A program made the translations under genes and the position numbers. A DNA stretch of 6,362 nucleotides from a virus. Taxonomy: Duplodnaviria > Heunggongvirae > Uroviricota > Caudoviricetes. Below the pieces are notes generated by a model. That model saw only the letters and a list, made by a program, of their open reading frames with translations. It was not told where the DNA came from and did no database searches. The stretch lies in IMG/VR virus record IMGVR_UViG_2700989510_000024; one strand, given 5' to 3'. Numbering within the stretch: position 1 is the stretch's first letter; each line of letters begins with the position of its first letter. This document shows, piece by piece, positions 6,241 through 6,362 of the stretch.

Positions 6241-6362
6241 GCGTACAGCGAGGGCCGTATTGACGGGGATGTGTTATTCAGCTGGCAGTGCTATGCGCCA
6301 CGGAAGCAGTTCGCTGACCCGGTTGACCGGCCAGTCTGCTATGACGCCAAGCACATGGCGAA

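Overview
This window reads as part of an enterobacterial P4-like / PICI-like integrative satellite element, with almost all genes on the + strand. All family assignments are motif recognition by eye, with no database search run. From left to right: (1) the 3' end of an IS-type DDE transposase gene cut by the window edge (1-119); (2) two small coupled ORFs and a 601-aa P4/D5-family replication protein with a Walker A motif (160-2457); (3) a 370-bp AT-rich spacer carrying direct and inverted copies of a GGTAGACAG core, a candidate iteron origin (2458-2826); (4) a translationally coupled ProQ/FinO-domain protein and PerC-like regulator (2827-3653); (5) a visibly AT-rich cargo island encoding a 380-aa predicted lipoprotein and a 107-aa three-helix membrane protein (3788-5318), which I cannot assign to any family and consider the best candidate for an undescribed accessory module, possibly phage exclusion or defence; (6) a repeat-rich regulatory spacer, two coupled small ORFs and a very short helix-turn-helix protein (5319-6240). 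No rRNA, tRNA or CRISPR array was seen.
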